DNA from: Candidatus Eiseniibacteriota bacterium
GTDB taxonomy: Bacteria > Eisenbacteria > RBG-16-71-46
Length of the DNA: 64,000 nt
NCBI GenBank assembly: GCA_963744995.1
Contig: CAVUWA010000010.1
Span: 1 to 64,000 of the forward strand
Direction of reading: 5' to 3'
The first letter of the stretch is position 1, and every line of letters starts with the position of its first letter. The position numbers and the translations under genes were made by a program. Of this stretch, positions 1 to 9,191 are shown one piece after another. Under the pieces are notes generated by a model. It did no database searches and had not been told where the DNA came from. It saw only the letters and a list, made by a program, of their open reading frames with translations.

Positions 1-99
1 CCGCCCGATTCAACCACTCTCGCACCTCTCCGCGGGCGTGTTTACACGAACTTACGGGGTTCGGCAAGCAGCCCGGAGAGGCTGTGGCTGCAGCACTGG

Positions 100-432
100 C
101 TACAGATTGGGGCCCCCGGAGGCCCCCCCGCGACTCTTGGTCCCCGCGTGAATCCCGCGCCGCACCCACCAGCCGACAGGAAGGATCACCAGCGCAAACG
201 TCATCGCTATGCCCGAGGTGTCAACCACGCCATAAAGCAATTGCATTGGCCAAAGCGGGATCGCGGACGACATCACCCACAACCAGTCGGCGGGTTCGTG
301 CCAGTCGGGCACGAGAATCGGACCCTGTTCCCCGAAGAGCACGAGCAGCCCCCAGAGAATGCCAACGGCGACGTAGACCGCCACGTACAATGCGAGTCTT
401 CGCCATGAGACGGTGTAGCGTCCCAACCTCAT
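100..432 (-). CDS. Small multi-TM hypothetical membrane protein (110 aa)
   Basis: ORF with about 3 hydrophobic segments. Its ATG (432-430) overlaps the TGA (431-429) ending the duplicated integrase tail. Confidence 0.65.
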   Translation of the reverse strand: MRLGRYTVSWRRLALYVAVYVAVGILWGLLVLFGEQGPILVPDWHEPADWLWVMSSAIPLWPMQLLYGVVDTSGIAMTFALVILPVGWWVRRGIHAGTKSRGGASGGPNL

Positions 433-467
433 GGTCTAGTCGCACCCATGATCATCCTACCCACCAT

Positions 468-523
468 CCCCACCCGCTCCACTTCTCTCCGCACCATGTC
501 GTCGGAGATCCGCGCGTATCGCT
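468..523 (-). repeat. Direct-repeat copy B of the integrase 3' end (reads RYARISDDMVRREVERVG)
   Basis: 56-bp match to 706-761 with 3 mismatches (positions 481, 483, 519), offset 238 bp. Confidence 0.95.
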
Positions 524-697
524 TCACGGATGAGAACCCTTGAACGGGAACAGAGCAAAGAACAACCAGATGGCGACCGCTACCGGCCAGAGAACGATGA
601 ACAGCGGGTCCGCCCGCATCACAACAACCACCAAGATCCCGATGGCCACGTACGCGGCAACCACCATCAGACACCCGCGCCAATTCACACGGCTCAT
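524..697 (-). CDS. Small 2-TM membrane protein (57 aa, MSRVNWRGCLMVV...)
   Basis: ATG at 697 overlaps the integrase TGA (ATGA). Two hydrophobic stretches. Stop at 526-524 directly abuts repeat copy B. Confidence 0.65.
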   Translation of the reverse strand: MSRVNWRGCLMVVAAYVAIGILVVVVMRADPLFIVLWPVAVAIWLFFALFPFKGSHP

Positions 698-1440
698 CCT
701 GCCGCCCCCACCCGCTCCGCCTCTCTCCGCACCATGTCGTCGGAGATCCGCGCGTAGCGCTGGGTGGTCACGATGGACGAGTGTCCGAGGATCTGCTGCA
801 GCGCCGCGAGGCTTCCGCCGCGTTCCAGCCACCGGCACGCGAACGTGTGCCGGAGCTGATGCGGGCTGAACTTCTCGACGCCCGAGTACCGCCGCACCAT
901 CCGCGTGAATCCCCACGAGTCCTCGAACGGCAGGAATCTGCCGACCCGTCCCCGCAACTCGAACCACAGCGTCTGGCTCAACGGCACCCTCCTCACCTTC
1001 CACGACTTCGTGTGATGCACCACGAGAACGCCCTGCTCTTCGCCGCTCTCGCTTCGCGCCACTTCGAGGTCGCGCGCTTCTGCACGGGTCAGCTCGCCCC
1101 AGCGGAGCCCGGTGCCGAGCGCGAGCCGCACCACGAATGCGTACGGCTCAGGAATCCCCAGCACCTGTTCCACCTGGGCATCGCTCAGACGCTTCGGCGG
1201 CGCTTCCTGGACTCGCGGCAGGAGCTTGTGCGGAATCGGGGCCCGATCCATCAGTCCCGAGTCCTCACACCAGCGAAAGAAGCACTTGGTGTCCGCCAGA
1301 ATGTGGCGAACCGTCAGCGTCTTCTTGCGCCGCTTCTCCAGCCACAGCCGGAAGGCCCGCAGATCGTCCTTCGCAACCCGTGACAGCAGCTTGTACCCCA
1401 TGAAGGGTTCGAGGTAATCACGCACGCGTTGCGCCGCCAT
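694..1440 (-). CDS. Tyrosine recombinase/integrase, possibly N-terminally truncated
   Basis: Catalytic motifs TGLRWGEL (R), TKS (K), HQLRHTFA (HxxR), LGHSS (H), TTQRY (Y). Confidence 0.93.
   Translation of the reverse strand: MAAQRVRDYLEPFMGYKLLSRVAKDDLRAFRLWLEKRRKKTLTVRHILADTKCFFRWCEDSGLMDRAPIPHKLLPRVQEAPPKRLSDAQVEQVLGIPEPYAFVVRLALGTGLRWGELTRAEARDLEVARSESGEEQGVLVVHHTKSWKVRRVPLSQTLWFELRGRVGRFLPFEDSWGFTRMVRRYSGVEKFSPHQLRHTFACRWLERGGSLAALQQILGHSSIVTTQRYARISDDMVRREAERVGAAG
706..761 (-). repeat. Repeat copy A, inside the integrase 3' end and including the catalytic Tyr codon
   Basis: Matches 468-523. Its core 737-754 matches 2646-2663 exactly. Confidence 0.95.
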
Positions 1441-1482
1441 GGCCTGATTGCGCTCGCTGCGATTTGCTGGCGCATAGCGCTC

Positions 1483-2256
1483 TCAACGTCCTGTTGCCTG
1501 TCGCGTGACCGTTACCCCTTCTGCTTCCAGCGGGATCACGAGCCGTTGGTTGAAGTCGAGAATGACGTCACCAACAACCCGCGCAGTGGCTAGGACCTCG
1601 TCGGACGAGAGGTCATAAGGGCGGAGGTAACCAGTATCTTTGATCGGTACGGGCATGCCGTTGGGTCCTCTCTGCCCATGAGGTCCGATGACCGGATGCC
1701 CAACGACCACGAAGGTCGCCCGAGTGAGAGGCAGTGGCCCGCACGCGATCTGCATATCCCAACCACATGGCCAGGGCAGCGAGCGGTCGGCGAAGCAGCC
1801 CGGCTCCAAAATGGTGAGGTCCCGAGTCGTGTCCGGAATCACCCGTGCCATGAAGTGCCGAGGATTGAACAGCCCGAGGCGTTGGATCAGCGTGTTCGGC
1901 GCAGGAAGCGGCCGCGTCACTCTCGAAGCAATGAGGAGCGTGAGCCCCTTCGATGACGCACGGGGCATCATGTGGAAGTACAGGCGCGGCGGTGTCACCG
2001 GTGCTGGAGATGGCGGAACCAGTTGAACTGGTGGCCGCTCGGCGACGCCGATCATCCTTCTCTCGAAACGGCCTCGATCTCCTTCATGGTTGTCCGGCCC
2101 TACGATCATCGTGTCCGAATCGAACTCCACCTTGTCGCCATATGTGTTGGTAAAGACCAACGCCATCGCGTGATCGTAGGGTGTCGTCCGGACAGGCGCG
2201 GCCCGGACCCCAATCGCGGTGGAGGCTAGCAGCAGAACTGCAAGGAACAGCCTCAT
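1483..2256 (-). CDS. Hypothetical secreted protein
   Basis: 257-aa ORF with a signal-peptide-like N-terminus (MRLFLAVLLLASTAIGVRA). No family recognised. Confidence 0.6.
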   Translation of the reverse strand: MRLFLAVLLLASTAIGVRAAPVRTTPYDHAMALVFTNTYGDKVEFDSDTMIVGPDNHEGDRGRFERRMIGVAERPPVQLVPPSPAPVTPPRLYFHMMPRASSKGLTLLIASRVTRPLPAPNTLIQRLGLFNPRHFMARVIPDTTRDLTILEPGCFADRSLPWPCGWDMQIACGPLPLTRATFVVVGHPVIGPHGQRGPNGMPVPIKDTGYLRPYDLSSDEVLATARVVGDVILDFNQRLVIPLEAEGVTVTRQATGR

Positions 2257-2645
2257 GGTCCCTCCCGACCAGCTGCCTCCGAGACATTCGGGGGCAGGTG
2301 ACGACAGGTGCTCGCTTCTTCAGCCCAATGGTGGCTGGACGAATAGAACACTGTCAATGCCGAGTGCCGCCGCCGTGACCATCCGCTGGAGAGGAAACGG
2401 CGGGCCAATCTCCGAAGAGACCGGCCCGCACGGCAACGCGCAACTATCTGGACACTTGTCGCGTTCTGCTGCGCAGCCTGACTCGGCTTCCCGGCGTGCT
2501 GTTGAGCACCACACGCTCCGTGAATTTGAGAAAGTGTCGGTTCGCCTTACATGGTGCGCTGGCCCAGCACCAGGGGCTCGGATGGGTACGTGCGGCGGCG
2601 GTGCTCGCAGCAGCCTGGGAGGGCACGGCTCTGCTTTGCTCCCAT

Positions 2646-2663
2646 TCGTCGGAGATCCGCGCG
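2646..2663 (-). repeat. 18-bp core copy C of the integrase 3'-end repeat (att-like)
   Basis: tcgtcggagatccgcgcg is identical to 737-754 and 499-516, and lies 15 bp past the cupin stop codon. Confidence 0.75.
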
Positions 2664-2678
2664 CGACGCCGCCTCGTC

Positions 2679-3023
2679 CTAGTCCTGCCGCACGATATCC
2701 ACCGAGATCTCCACCGCCGGAACATCTCCTCTGTTCTCGAGCCAGTGCAGGGTGTTCCGGTCCTCGGGCCAGCCCACTCCCGGGCCGTACTCGGTCGCGA
2801 CCCCGTCGCGATAGTCGGTGATCGTTCCCTGCAGGACGTAGACGATGCCGGGTCTGTCCTTGTGATCGTGCACGGGACCGAACACGGCGCCGGGCTCCAT
2901 GGTCACCATGCGCATTCGAAGCTGACGACCTTCCATGCCCTCGATCTCGGGACCAAGGTCCACCGTGGAAAGCAACTTCACCGTAACGCCCTTCGTCTCG
3001 GGTGCCATCTGCTCGTTGCTCAT
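2679..3023 (-). CDS. Cupin-domain protein
   Basis: Cupin motifs HDHKDRPGIVYVLQG and HWLENRG. Confidence 0.85.
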   Translation of the reverse strand: MSNEQMAPETKGVTVKLLSTVDLGPEIEGMEGRQLRMRMVTMEPGAVFGPVHDHKDRPGIVYVLQGTITDYRDGVATEYGPGVGWPEDRNTLHWLENRGDVPAVEISVDIVRQD

Positions 3024-3164
3024 CGCCTCTTCCTCGTTGCGTGTCCAACGCTCAACCGCGGGAACTGGGAACGGAACGACTGAACGTGACGCGGCGCAGC
3101 TGTCGCCGCAGGTCTCCTGGGGTTCAGATGGAATCTAGTGTCACTCCAGCAGCAATATGGCGCA

Positions 3165-3920
3165 TCAGTGCATCCTGCTTGCAGGCTTCTGCTTGAAGAA
3201 CACCAGGCAGCCCGCCATGAACACGATCAGCAGCGCCGACGCGCCGACCCGGCTCATCGCAAGTCCCCCGGAGCCGATCGGCTTGTCGAGGAAGTCGCCG
3301 ACCACCGCTCCGAGCGGGCGAGTCAGGACGAAAGCGCTCCAGAAGAGCGTCGTCCGGGACACCTTCGTCCAGAAATAGACGGCGGCGACCACAAGCAACA
3401 GGCCGGTGAAGATCATCGCCGCGCCGACGTAGCCGAGCCCCATGGAGTCGGCCGTCCAGTCCCCGAGCGCCGTCCCAAGGGTCTGCGAGAACATGATGGT
3501 CGTCCAGTAGAAGGCCTCGACGGAAGCCGAAGTCACCGACACGATGGAGACGGTGCCCATCGAGCGTCTCCATACGAAGAGCGTGCCGAGCAGAAGGAAC
3601 AGCAGCAGTGCACTCCCGCCTGCATAGCCGATCCCGATCGAGCGCGTCGTGTAGTCGGCGAGCGTGGTGCCCACCGTGGTCGTGGCCACGATGGTGGTCC
3701 AGTAGATCACCGGATGAAATCGTTTCGCGAGGATCTGAACCGCGACGGCGACGATGAAGATGAGAGCGAAGATCGCGGTCGCCACCAGATAGCCGAGATG
3801 CATGGACATCGAAACGGAATCGCCGCCCGTCTCTCCCAGCGTCGTGGCGGCGATCTTGATGATCCAGAACAGCAGTGTGACCTGCGGTACCTTGCTCATG
3901 CCTTCATTCGACGAGTTCAA
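3165..3920 (-). CDS. COG4705-type membrane-anchored protein
   Basis: SKVPQVTLLFWIIKIAATTLGETGGD and TRPLGAVVGDFLDKP motifs; internal repeat; multiple TM segments. Start may be ATG at 3899. Confidence 0.85.
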   Translation of the reverse strand: MNSSNEGMSKVPQVTLLFWIIKIAATTLGETGGDSVSMSMHLGYLVATAIFALIFIVAVAVQILAKRFHPVIYWTTIVATTTVGTTLADYTTRSIGIGYAGGSALLLFLLLGTLFVWRRSMGTVSIVSVTSASVEAFYWTTIMFSQTLGTALGDWTADSMGLGYVGAAMIFTGLLLVVAAVYFWTKVSRTTLFWSAFVLTRPLGAVVGDFLDKPIGSGGLAMSRVGASALLIVFMAGCLVFFKQKPASRMH

Positions 3921-4069
3921 TCAGCCTCCCCTGGCCGGCGCGGCCAGAACGATTCTGCTTCCCGGGCCGGAACCACGTGCGGCGGGTAGCGAGTCCAGGT
4001 GCCTCGACGGCATACCCTAGCGGAAGATGACGATGCCGCGGCACAGGGCCCGACGATCTTTGCCACTTC

Positions 4070-5023
4070 TTGGCGAGGGGCTCGATTCGGAGCGGAGCGG
4101 ATCCCGAGACCCGATTCGAGCGCCTTCCTCCCTCTTCCGCGGGCAACGGTGCCCGGCCCCCGTCAAACCGCTACGCTGTGCCGGTGGGATCGCCAGAATC
4201 GAATCGTCGAAGCCCGCAGGCACACGGATCGGCCCCGCCGGCCCGCAAAGCCTGGCCGCTCTGGCTCTCGGAGTTCGTCGGAACCGCGCTGCTCGTGGCG
4301 GTCGGCTGCTCCGCGGTGATCCTCGACTTCGGCGCCGGGAGCGCCGTGGCAACCCTTCTGCCCGATCCCGGTCTGCGCCGCGCGCTCACGGGACTGCTCT
4401 TCGGCACGGTCGGCGCGCTGATCGCGGTCTCCCCCGTCGGCGTCGTGAGCGGGGCCCACATCAATCCGGCCGTCACGTTCGTCTTCTGGTTCGAGGGCCG
4501 CATGAAGAACGCCGTCGCCGCGGGCTACGTGCTGGCGCAACTCGCGGGCGGCATCGCCGGCGCGGTGGCGCTGCTGCTCTGGGGATCGAGCGGCGCGAGC
4601 ATCGAGTACGCGGCGACGCTGCCGGGAAACGCGGGCCCGTGGGCAGCGCTGCTCGGTGAGACGGCGGCCACGGCGTGCCTCGTGGCCGGGCTGTTGCTCT
4701 TCCTGGGCCATCGCCGGCTGCGGCGCTTCACGCCCGCACTCTTTCCGCCGCTCTACGCGGCGCTGGTCTGGCTGGAGGCGCCGCTCTCCGGCACCAGCAC
4801 GAACCCGGCGCGCAGCCTGGGGCCGGGACTCATGGCCGGCGACCTGCGCGGGGCGTGGATCTACTGGGCGGGCCCGCTTGCGGGAGCGCTGACCGTCCTC
4901 GCGCTGCGGCGCGCGCTGCCGGTCGCCCGAAAGCTCGAGATCCAGGTCGCCAAGGTGTTCCACTTCGACCACGACCGGCACGGGTTCTTCGGCACGATGG
5001 GGCGCAGGAGCGGATCGCAGTGA
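4070..5023 (+). CDS. MIP/aquaporin family channel (start uncertain)
   Basis: Two NPA motifs (SGAHINPAVT, TNPARSLGP) and EFVGT in TM1. Confidence 0.9.
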   Translation: MARGSIRSGADPETRFERLPPSSAGNGARPPSNRYAVPVGSPESNRRSPQAHGSAPPARKAWPLWLSEFVGTALLVAVGCSAVILDFGAGSAVATLLPDPGLRRALTGLLFGTVGALIAVSPVGVVSGAHINPAVTFVFWFEGRMKNAVAAGYVLAQLAGGIAGAVALLLWGSSGASIEYAATLPGNAGPWAALLGETAATACLVAGLLLFLGHRRLRRFTPALFPPLYAALVWLEAPLSGTSTNPARSLGPGLMAGDLRGAWIYWAGPLAGALTVLALRRALPVARKLEIQVAKVFHFDHDRHGFFGTMGRRSGSQ

Positions 5024-5079
5024 GCGTGCGGGTCGGCCGAGGCGCCGGCCGTCGGACGCACCGCCCGGCTCGCGGTCCG

Positions 5080-7329
5080 CTACCGAATCCGTACGACCCG
5101 CGCGGTCTCCTCGAACCCCTCGCCCGCGACGCGAACGAAGTAGATTCCGCTCCCTGCCCGCACGCCGGCGTCGTCGCGTCCGTCCCAGGTCAGCGCATGG
5201 TGTCCGGCCGGCAGCGCCGCCTGCGCAAGCTGTCGCACCCGCCGGCCGCTCACGTCCATCACGTCGACGCGAATCGCCGCGCGGCGCGGCAGGTCGAACG
5301 TGATGCGCGCTTCGCCTGCGACGGGGTTCGGGCGCACGGCGAGGGCCACGCTTACGCCGCCGGGCTGCACCGGGTCCACCCCGACCAGCGCCGGCAGGCA
5401 GAAGGTGTAGAGCTGGTTGTCCCCCGCGTCGGCCACATAGAGCTTGCGGGCGACGGGATCGATTTCGAGATTGCCGTAGCCGAACGTCCGGAACCCGTCC
5501 GCGATCAGCGTCACGGTGCCGTCGGACGGATCGATGCGGTAGAGGCCCAGTGGCGAAGCCGTGCGCAGCGTGTAGATCATGTCGTCCTGCGAATCGTAGG
5601 CGAGCGCATGCATGTTGGTGATGGTCGTGCTGAGCGGGAGCGCGGTCAGCGTTCCATCGGGCGTGAGAATCCAGAGCTGATCGTCCTTCGAATCGTCCGC
5701 CACGTAGGCGGCTCCCGCCGGCGTCGTAACGATGTCCCAGAAGTTGGCCGTGCCCGGATCGGGCACCAACAGGCGCCCACCGTTCGCGGTGTCGGGGTTC
5801 ACGGACCAGATCTCGTCCGCCCCGGCGTTGCCCCAGTCGGTGACCAGCAGGTCGCCGGGACTCACGTTCGGTCCGCTGAAGCCGGACGGCGCCACGGCGA
5901 GCCCGGCGATATCGTCGTCACCGGAATGGAACCCGGTTCCGCCATCCACCCAGGTCATGCTCGAATCGGTCCCGACGAAGCGGAACAGATCGCCGCTCGC
6001 GTCCTCGGACACGAAGCCGTCACCGTCGGCGGTGAACACGAGCCCCTTGGGGCTCGAATAAGGGTGGATGCGCATGCCGCGGCCCGGCCCGCCGCTCAGG
6101 CGATAGACGCCTCCGCCAGACGTGATGCTGGTGCTCGAATTCACGAGTCCGTACAGCTCGCCGTCCGCGGGATTCAGCGCGAGCGCCGATCCGTCACGGA
6201 ACGGGTAACGGTCGCACAGGCTGAAGCCGCCCTCGTGAATCGCGATCGGAACCACCGGAACCGGCGCGCAGCCGGCGCCCGAGCGGAAGACGTTGTCGAT
6301 CCCGTACGTGTCCGTGCTCGTCGCGAGATCTGCGGAGATCGCCGCTTCGGTGACGTCGGCGAGCAGGGCCGCCCAGGTGCCCGCATCCAGCGTCCACGTC
6401 GCTTCATCGAGCGGCCACTCGAGCTCGTACCAGATGTGTGCATAGTCGTCGAAGTCGGCGGACGGCAGGCTCACGTGCGCGGCGCCGCCCGGTCCGCTCA
6501 GTTCGAGGCGCAGCTCGCGGCCGGTGGCAATGGTCCCGGATATGTATGCGAACGCGAAGCCGATCGTGCCGATGCCGTCGAGCCCGCTCCAGTCGCCGTA
6601 GTAAGTCGCCGGAAATATTACGCGGCCCAGTCCGGTGCTGCTGCTGACGCGGAGGTACGCGCCGATGTCGCCACCGCTCGTTTGCCGCGTGAGGCTCGCG
6701 GTGCCGTCACCCGTCCAGCCGGTCGAGTTCAGCTCGAACGTAGTGGACTCGCACGGCCGGTAGGCGCTGGTCGGAGTGCCGGTCAGCTCGATGTTGTCGG
6801 CGCGTACGGTTTCGTCGCCGGAGCGGTACTCGACCGCAACCTCGAACCGCGTGACGCCCTGGAGGAGGTCGGACCAGGTTCCGCTCTGCACGTTCCAGAA
6901 CGAGGAGTCCAGCGGTGCAGCGATGTGCACCCAGACGGAATCCGGAATGGACTGGTCGTAGTAGGCGGTACCGCCGGGCCCGGAGATCCGGAACACCGCG
7001 GGCGGATTCCCCGTGGCGTGCACGGTCGGCAGGAAGAGCACGTCGTAGGAGACCGAGTCCGTCGCCGTCATTCCGCGCCAGTTGCCGAGGAACTTCGCGG
7101 GCGCGATGGCCGTGCTCCACGGCCCCGACGCGTTGTCCGGAACCTCGAGGCAGCCGTCGGGGTGACCGCCCGTGGGATTCCAGAAGTGCGTGTTGTCGCC
7201 TTCGACCACCCAGCCGTCGAGGTCGGCGTCGAAGGGCGTCGCCACCTGCGCCGCGGCATTCTCGAGCGGAAGCGCGAGACCTGCGAAGACGAAGAAGAGA
7301 GACAGCAGGAGGCGACTGGAGAAGCGCAT
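5080..7329 (-). CDS. Secreted protein: two repeated beta-sandwich (laminin-B-like) modules, beta-propeller and C-terminal FlgD-Ig/sorting domain
   Basis: Signal peptide; duplicated FDxDxxGW...P..F/Y.GxW modules; C-terminal PNP...DVSGRRVR...WDGRDDAGVRAGSGIYFVR. Confidence 0.8.
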   Translation of the reverse strand: MRFSSRLLLSLFFVFAGLALPLENAAAQVATPFDADLDGWVVEGDNTHFWNPTGGHPDGCLEVPDNASGPWSTAIAPAKFLGNWRGMTATDSVSYDVLFLPTVHATGNPPAVFRISGPGGTAYYDQSIPDSVWVHIAAPLDSSFWNVQSGTWSDLLQGVTRFEVAVEYRSGDETVRADNIELTGTPTSAYRPCESTTFELNSTGWTGDGTASLTRQTSGGDIGAYLRVSSSTGLGRVIFPATYYGDWSGLDGIGTIGFAFAYISGTIATGRELRLELSGPGGAAHVSLPSADFDDYAHIWYELEWPLDEATWTLDAGTWAALLADVTEAAISADLATSTDTYGIDNVFRSGAGCAPVPVVPIAIHEGGFSLCDRYPFRDGSALALNPADGELYGLVNSSTSITSGGGVYRLSGGPGRGMRIHPYSSPKGLVFTADGDGFVSEDASGDLFRFVGTDSSMTWVDGGTGFHSGDDDIAGLAVAPSGFSGPNVSPGDLLVTDWGNAGADEIWSVNPDTANGGRLLVPDPGTANFWDIVTTPAGAAYVADDSKDDQLWILTPDGTLTALPLSTTITNMHALAYDSQDDMIYTLRTASPLGLYRIDPSDGTVTLIADGFRTFGYGNLEIDPVARKLYVADAGDNQLYTFCLPALVGVDPVQPGGVSVALAVRPNPVAGEARITFDLPRRAAIRVDVMDVSGRRVRQLAQAALPAGHHALTWDGRDDAGVRAGSGIYFVRVAGEGFEETARVVRIR

Positions 7330-7711
7330 GTATATGCCTTTCGAGGCGAGATGGAAGGATCGTCTGGCCGGGTACCCCATTGTTGGAAGTCACGCAAACG
7401 GTCGCCGGATCCGGCCATTGCCCGGGCAGGCCGGGGCCGATCGACCGGGTCCGGGCGGTGCGGCGCAGCCCCACACTCGCCGCACCACCTGGCCCCCCCA
7501 TCCCCCCTTCCCCTACACTCCTCCCGGGTCGGCAGTTCACCCAGGCGTCGCCGCGCGGCCTTCGGGCCGTGAGCTAAACCTGCCGCATACCTTCCGGCAT
7601 CAGGACACGCTTCCGCGTTTGCGGCGCGCGCCCGGCTGGCAAGTCGGCGACCCCCGGCGCCCTGGCCTCATCAGGGTTGCGAGTGCGCGTTTTCGCCTAC
7701 GAGGTAGCGTC

Positions 7712-8278
7712 ATGCCACGCGAAGCCATTCCCTTGGTCGCCCCGGATCTCTCTGCCTTTGCCCGCTCCCTGGGGCGCGCGCTCGCCGAGCGCACCGACCC
7801 GAAGCCGCCCGGCCATGTCGAACTGCTGAACCTCATCGCGCGCGCCGCGGGTCATCGCAACGTCCAGGCGCTGCGCGCCTCGCACACGACCCCGACCGCA
7901 CCTCTGGCCGTCGAGGACCGGCCGCAGCCGCTGCCGCTCTCGGCGAACGCGCGCAAGGCGCTGCAGCAGTTCGACAGCCGCGGACGCCTGCTGCGCTGGC
8001 CGACCAAGTACAGCGTCCAGCGACTGGCGCTGTGGGCGCTGTGGACGCTGTTCGACATGGATCGCGTGTACACCGAGAAAGAGGTGAACGCGGTGCTCAA
8101 GGCCGCGAACACCTTCGGCGACCACGTCATTCTGCGCCGCGAGCTGGTGGATCATCGTCTGCTTGCGCGCAAGAGCGACTGCTCGGAGTACCGCAAACTC
8201 CCCGCGCGGCCCGAGGCCGAAGAGCGCGCGCTGCTGGCTGCGTGGCGCGCGAGGAAGCGGGTCCGGGCGTCCGGGTGA
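7712..8278 (+). CDS. DUF2087-containing protein
   Basis: GRLLRWPTK...YTEKEVNAVL...DHVILRRELVD motif; GAGG RBS upstream. Confidence 0.8.
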   Translation: MPREAIPLVAPDLSAFARSLGRALAERTDPKPPGHVELLNLIARAAGHRNVQALRASHTTPTAPLAVEDRPQPLPLSANARKALQQFDSRGRLLRWPTKYSVQRLALWALWTLFDMDRVYTEKEVNAVLKAANTFGDHVILRRELVDHRLLARKSDCSEYRKLPARPEAEERALLAAWRARKRVRASG

Positions 8279-8316
8279 GGTGAGGCGCGCGAGGAGGCGA
8301 GTCCGGGCGCCCGGGT
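8244..8316 (+). repeat. Imperfect tandem duplication (40-bp period) of the DUF2087 gene 3' end
   Basis: 8244-8276 versus 8284-8316, 3 mismatches in 33 bp. Confidence 0.8.
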
Positions 8317-8420
8317 AGGGCGCGACCCGCGGCGTCCCGCGCCGTCCCGCGTGGCGCCCGGCGCCTCGGGCGACAAGGCCGGCTCCGCTTCACCGCGGAG
8401 TCCGGCCCTGGTTCCGGGCC

Positions 8421-9068
8421 CTACCCCGCGACGCCCAGATAACCGAGGAACATCCGCTTCAGCTCTTCCTTCACCGTCTCGCTGTCGCTCGGCAGCACCG
8501 CGCTCCAGTGCATCATGTCGCGATCGGTCACGATCAGTTCGGTAAGCGCCCCGAGCAGCACGGCAACCGCGAAGAACAGCGCCGTCTCGGGATCGGGGTG
8601 CCGGATCTCCCTGCGCCGCTCGAGCAGCACGTCCACCAGGTAGCGCAGGGTGCGCATTTCGAGCTTCCGCGCTTTCGCGAAGAACCGAGTCTGCCTTCGA
8701 GCCTGCGCGAACTCGCGCAGCGCGCGCAGCAGGCCCGGGTTGGAACGATAGCTCGCCAGCATGGCCTCGATGACCTGGTCGGCCAGCGCCGGCAGCGGGG
8801 TCCTGCGCGCCACTTCCGGCGTCAGCAGGGCGCGCAGGTTCTCGTCGGAGCGCTCGAGGATGCCGATGATCATCGTTTCGATCAGCGCGTCCTTGTCGGC
8901 GAAGCGGCGGTAGACGGCTCCCGGCGTCAGCCCGGCCTGGCGGGCGATGCGCGGAATGGTCGTGCCCTCGACACCGTACCGCCCGAGCACCGCGGCGGCC
9001 GCCTTGAGCAGCTTGCGGGTCGATTCGCGGCTTCGCGCCTGCTTGGCATGCAGCGTCTTGCGGACCAT
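8421..9068 (-). CDS. TetR/AcrR family regulator
   Basis: N-terminal HTH GVEGTTIPRIARQAGLTPGAVYRRFADK; divergent from the peptidase gene. Confidence 0.9.
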   Translation of the reverse strand: MVRKTLHAKQARSRESTRKLLKAAAAVLGRYGVEGTTIPRIARQAGLTPGAVYRRFADKDALIETMIIGILERSDENLRALLTPEVARRTPLPALADQVIEAMLASYRSNPGLLRALREFAQARRQTRFFAKARKLEMRTLRYLVDVLLERRREIRHPDPETALFFAVAVLLGALTELIVTDRDMMHWSAVLPSDSETVKEELKRMFLGYLGVAG

Positions 9069-9104
9069 GGCGCCGTCCTTATACCACGCGGCGCGACATC
9101 CGCC

Positions 9105-9133
9105 TTGCACTTTTGTAAATGGTGATTTACATT
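9105..9133 (+). promoter_or_regulatory. Sigma70-like promoter overlapped by a palindromic (TetR) operator
   Basis: TTGCAC (9105-9110), 17 bp, TACATT (9128-9133). Inverted repeat TGTAAAT-ggtg-ATTTACA at 9114-9131. Confidence 0.75.
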
Positions 9134-9191
9134 TTTGTCCGGCCTGCCGGACCCCGGTCGCGCCCGTGCCCCAGCCAGGAGGAGAAACGCC

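Noticed and set aside
10..40. Possible fourth copy of the integrase-tail repeat (cactctcgcacctctccgc)
   Set aside because: Only short pyrimidine-rich similarity; the 18-bp core is absent.
100..2663. Classical integron or shufflon
   Set aside because: No attC-type RYYYAAC...GTTRRRY hairpins or IntI-specific insertion were recognised, and the repeats are direct rather than inverted.
7560..7711. Possible structured RNA leader upstream of the DUF2087 gene
   Set aside because: No known riboswitch consensus recognised; it would need a covariance search to support.
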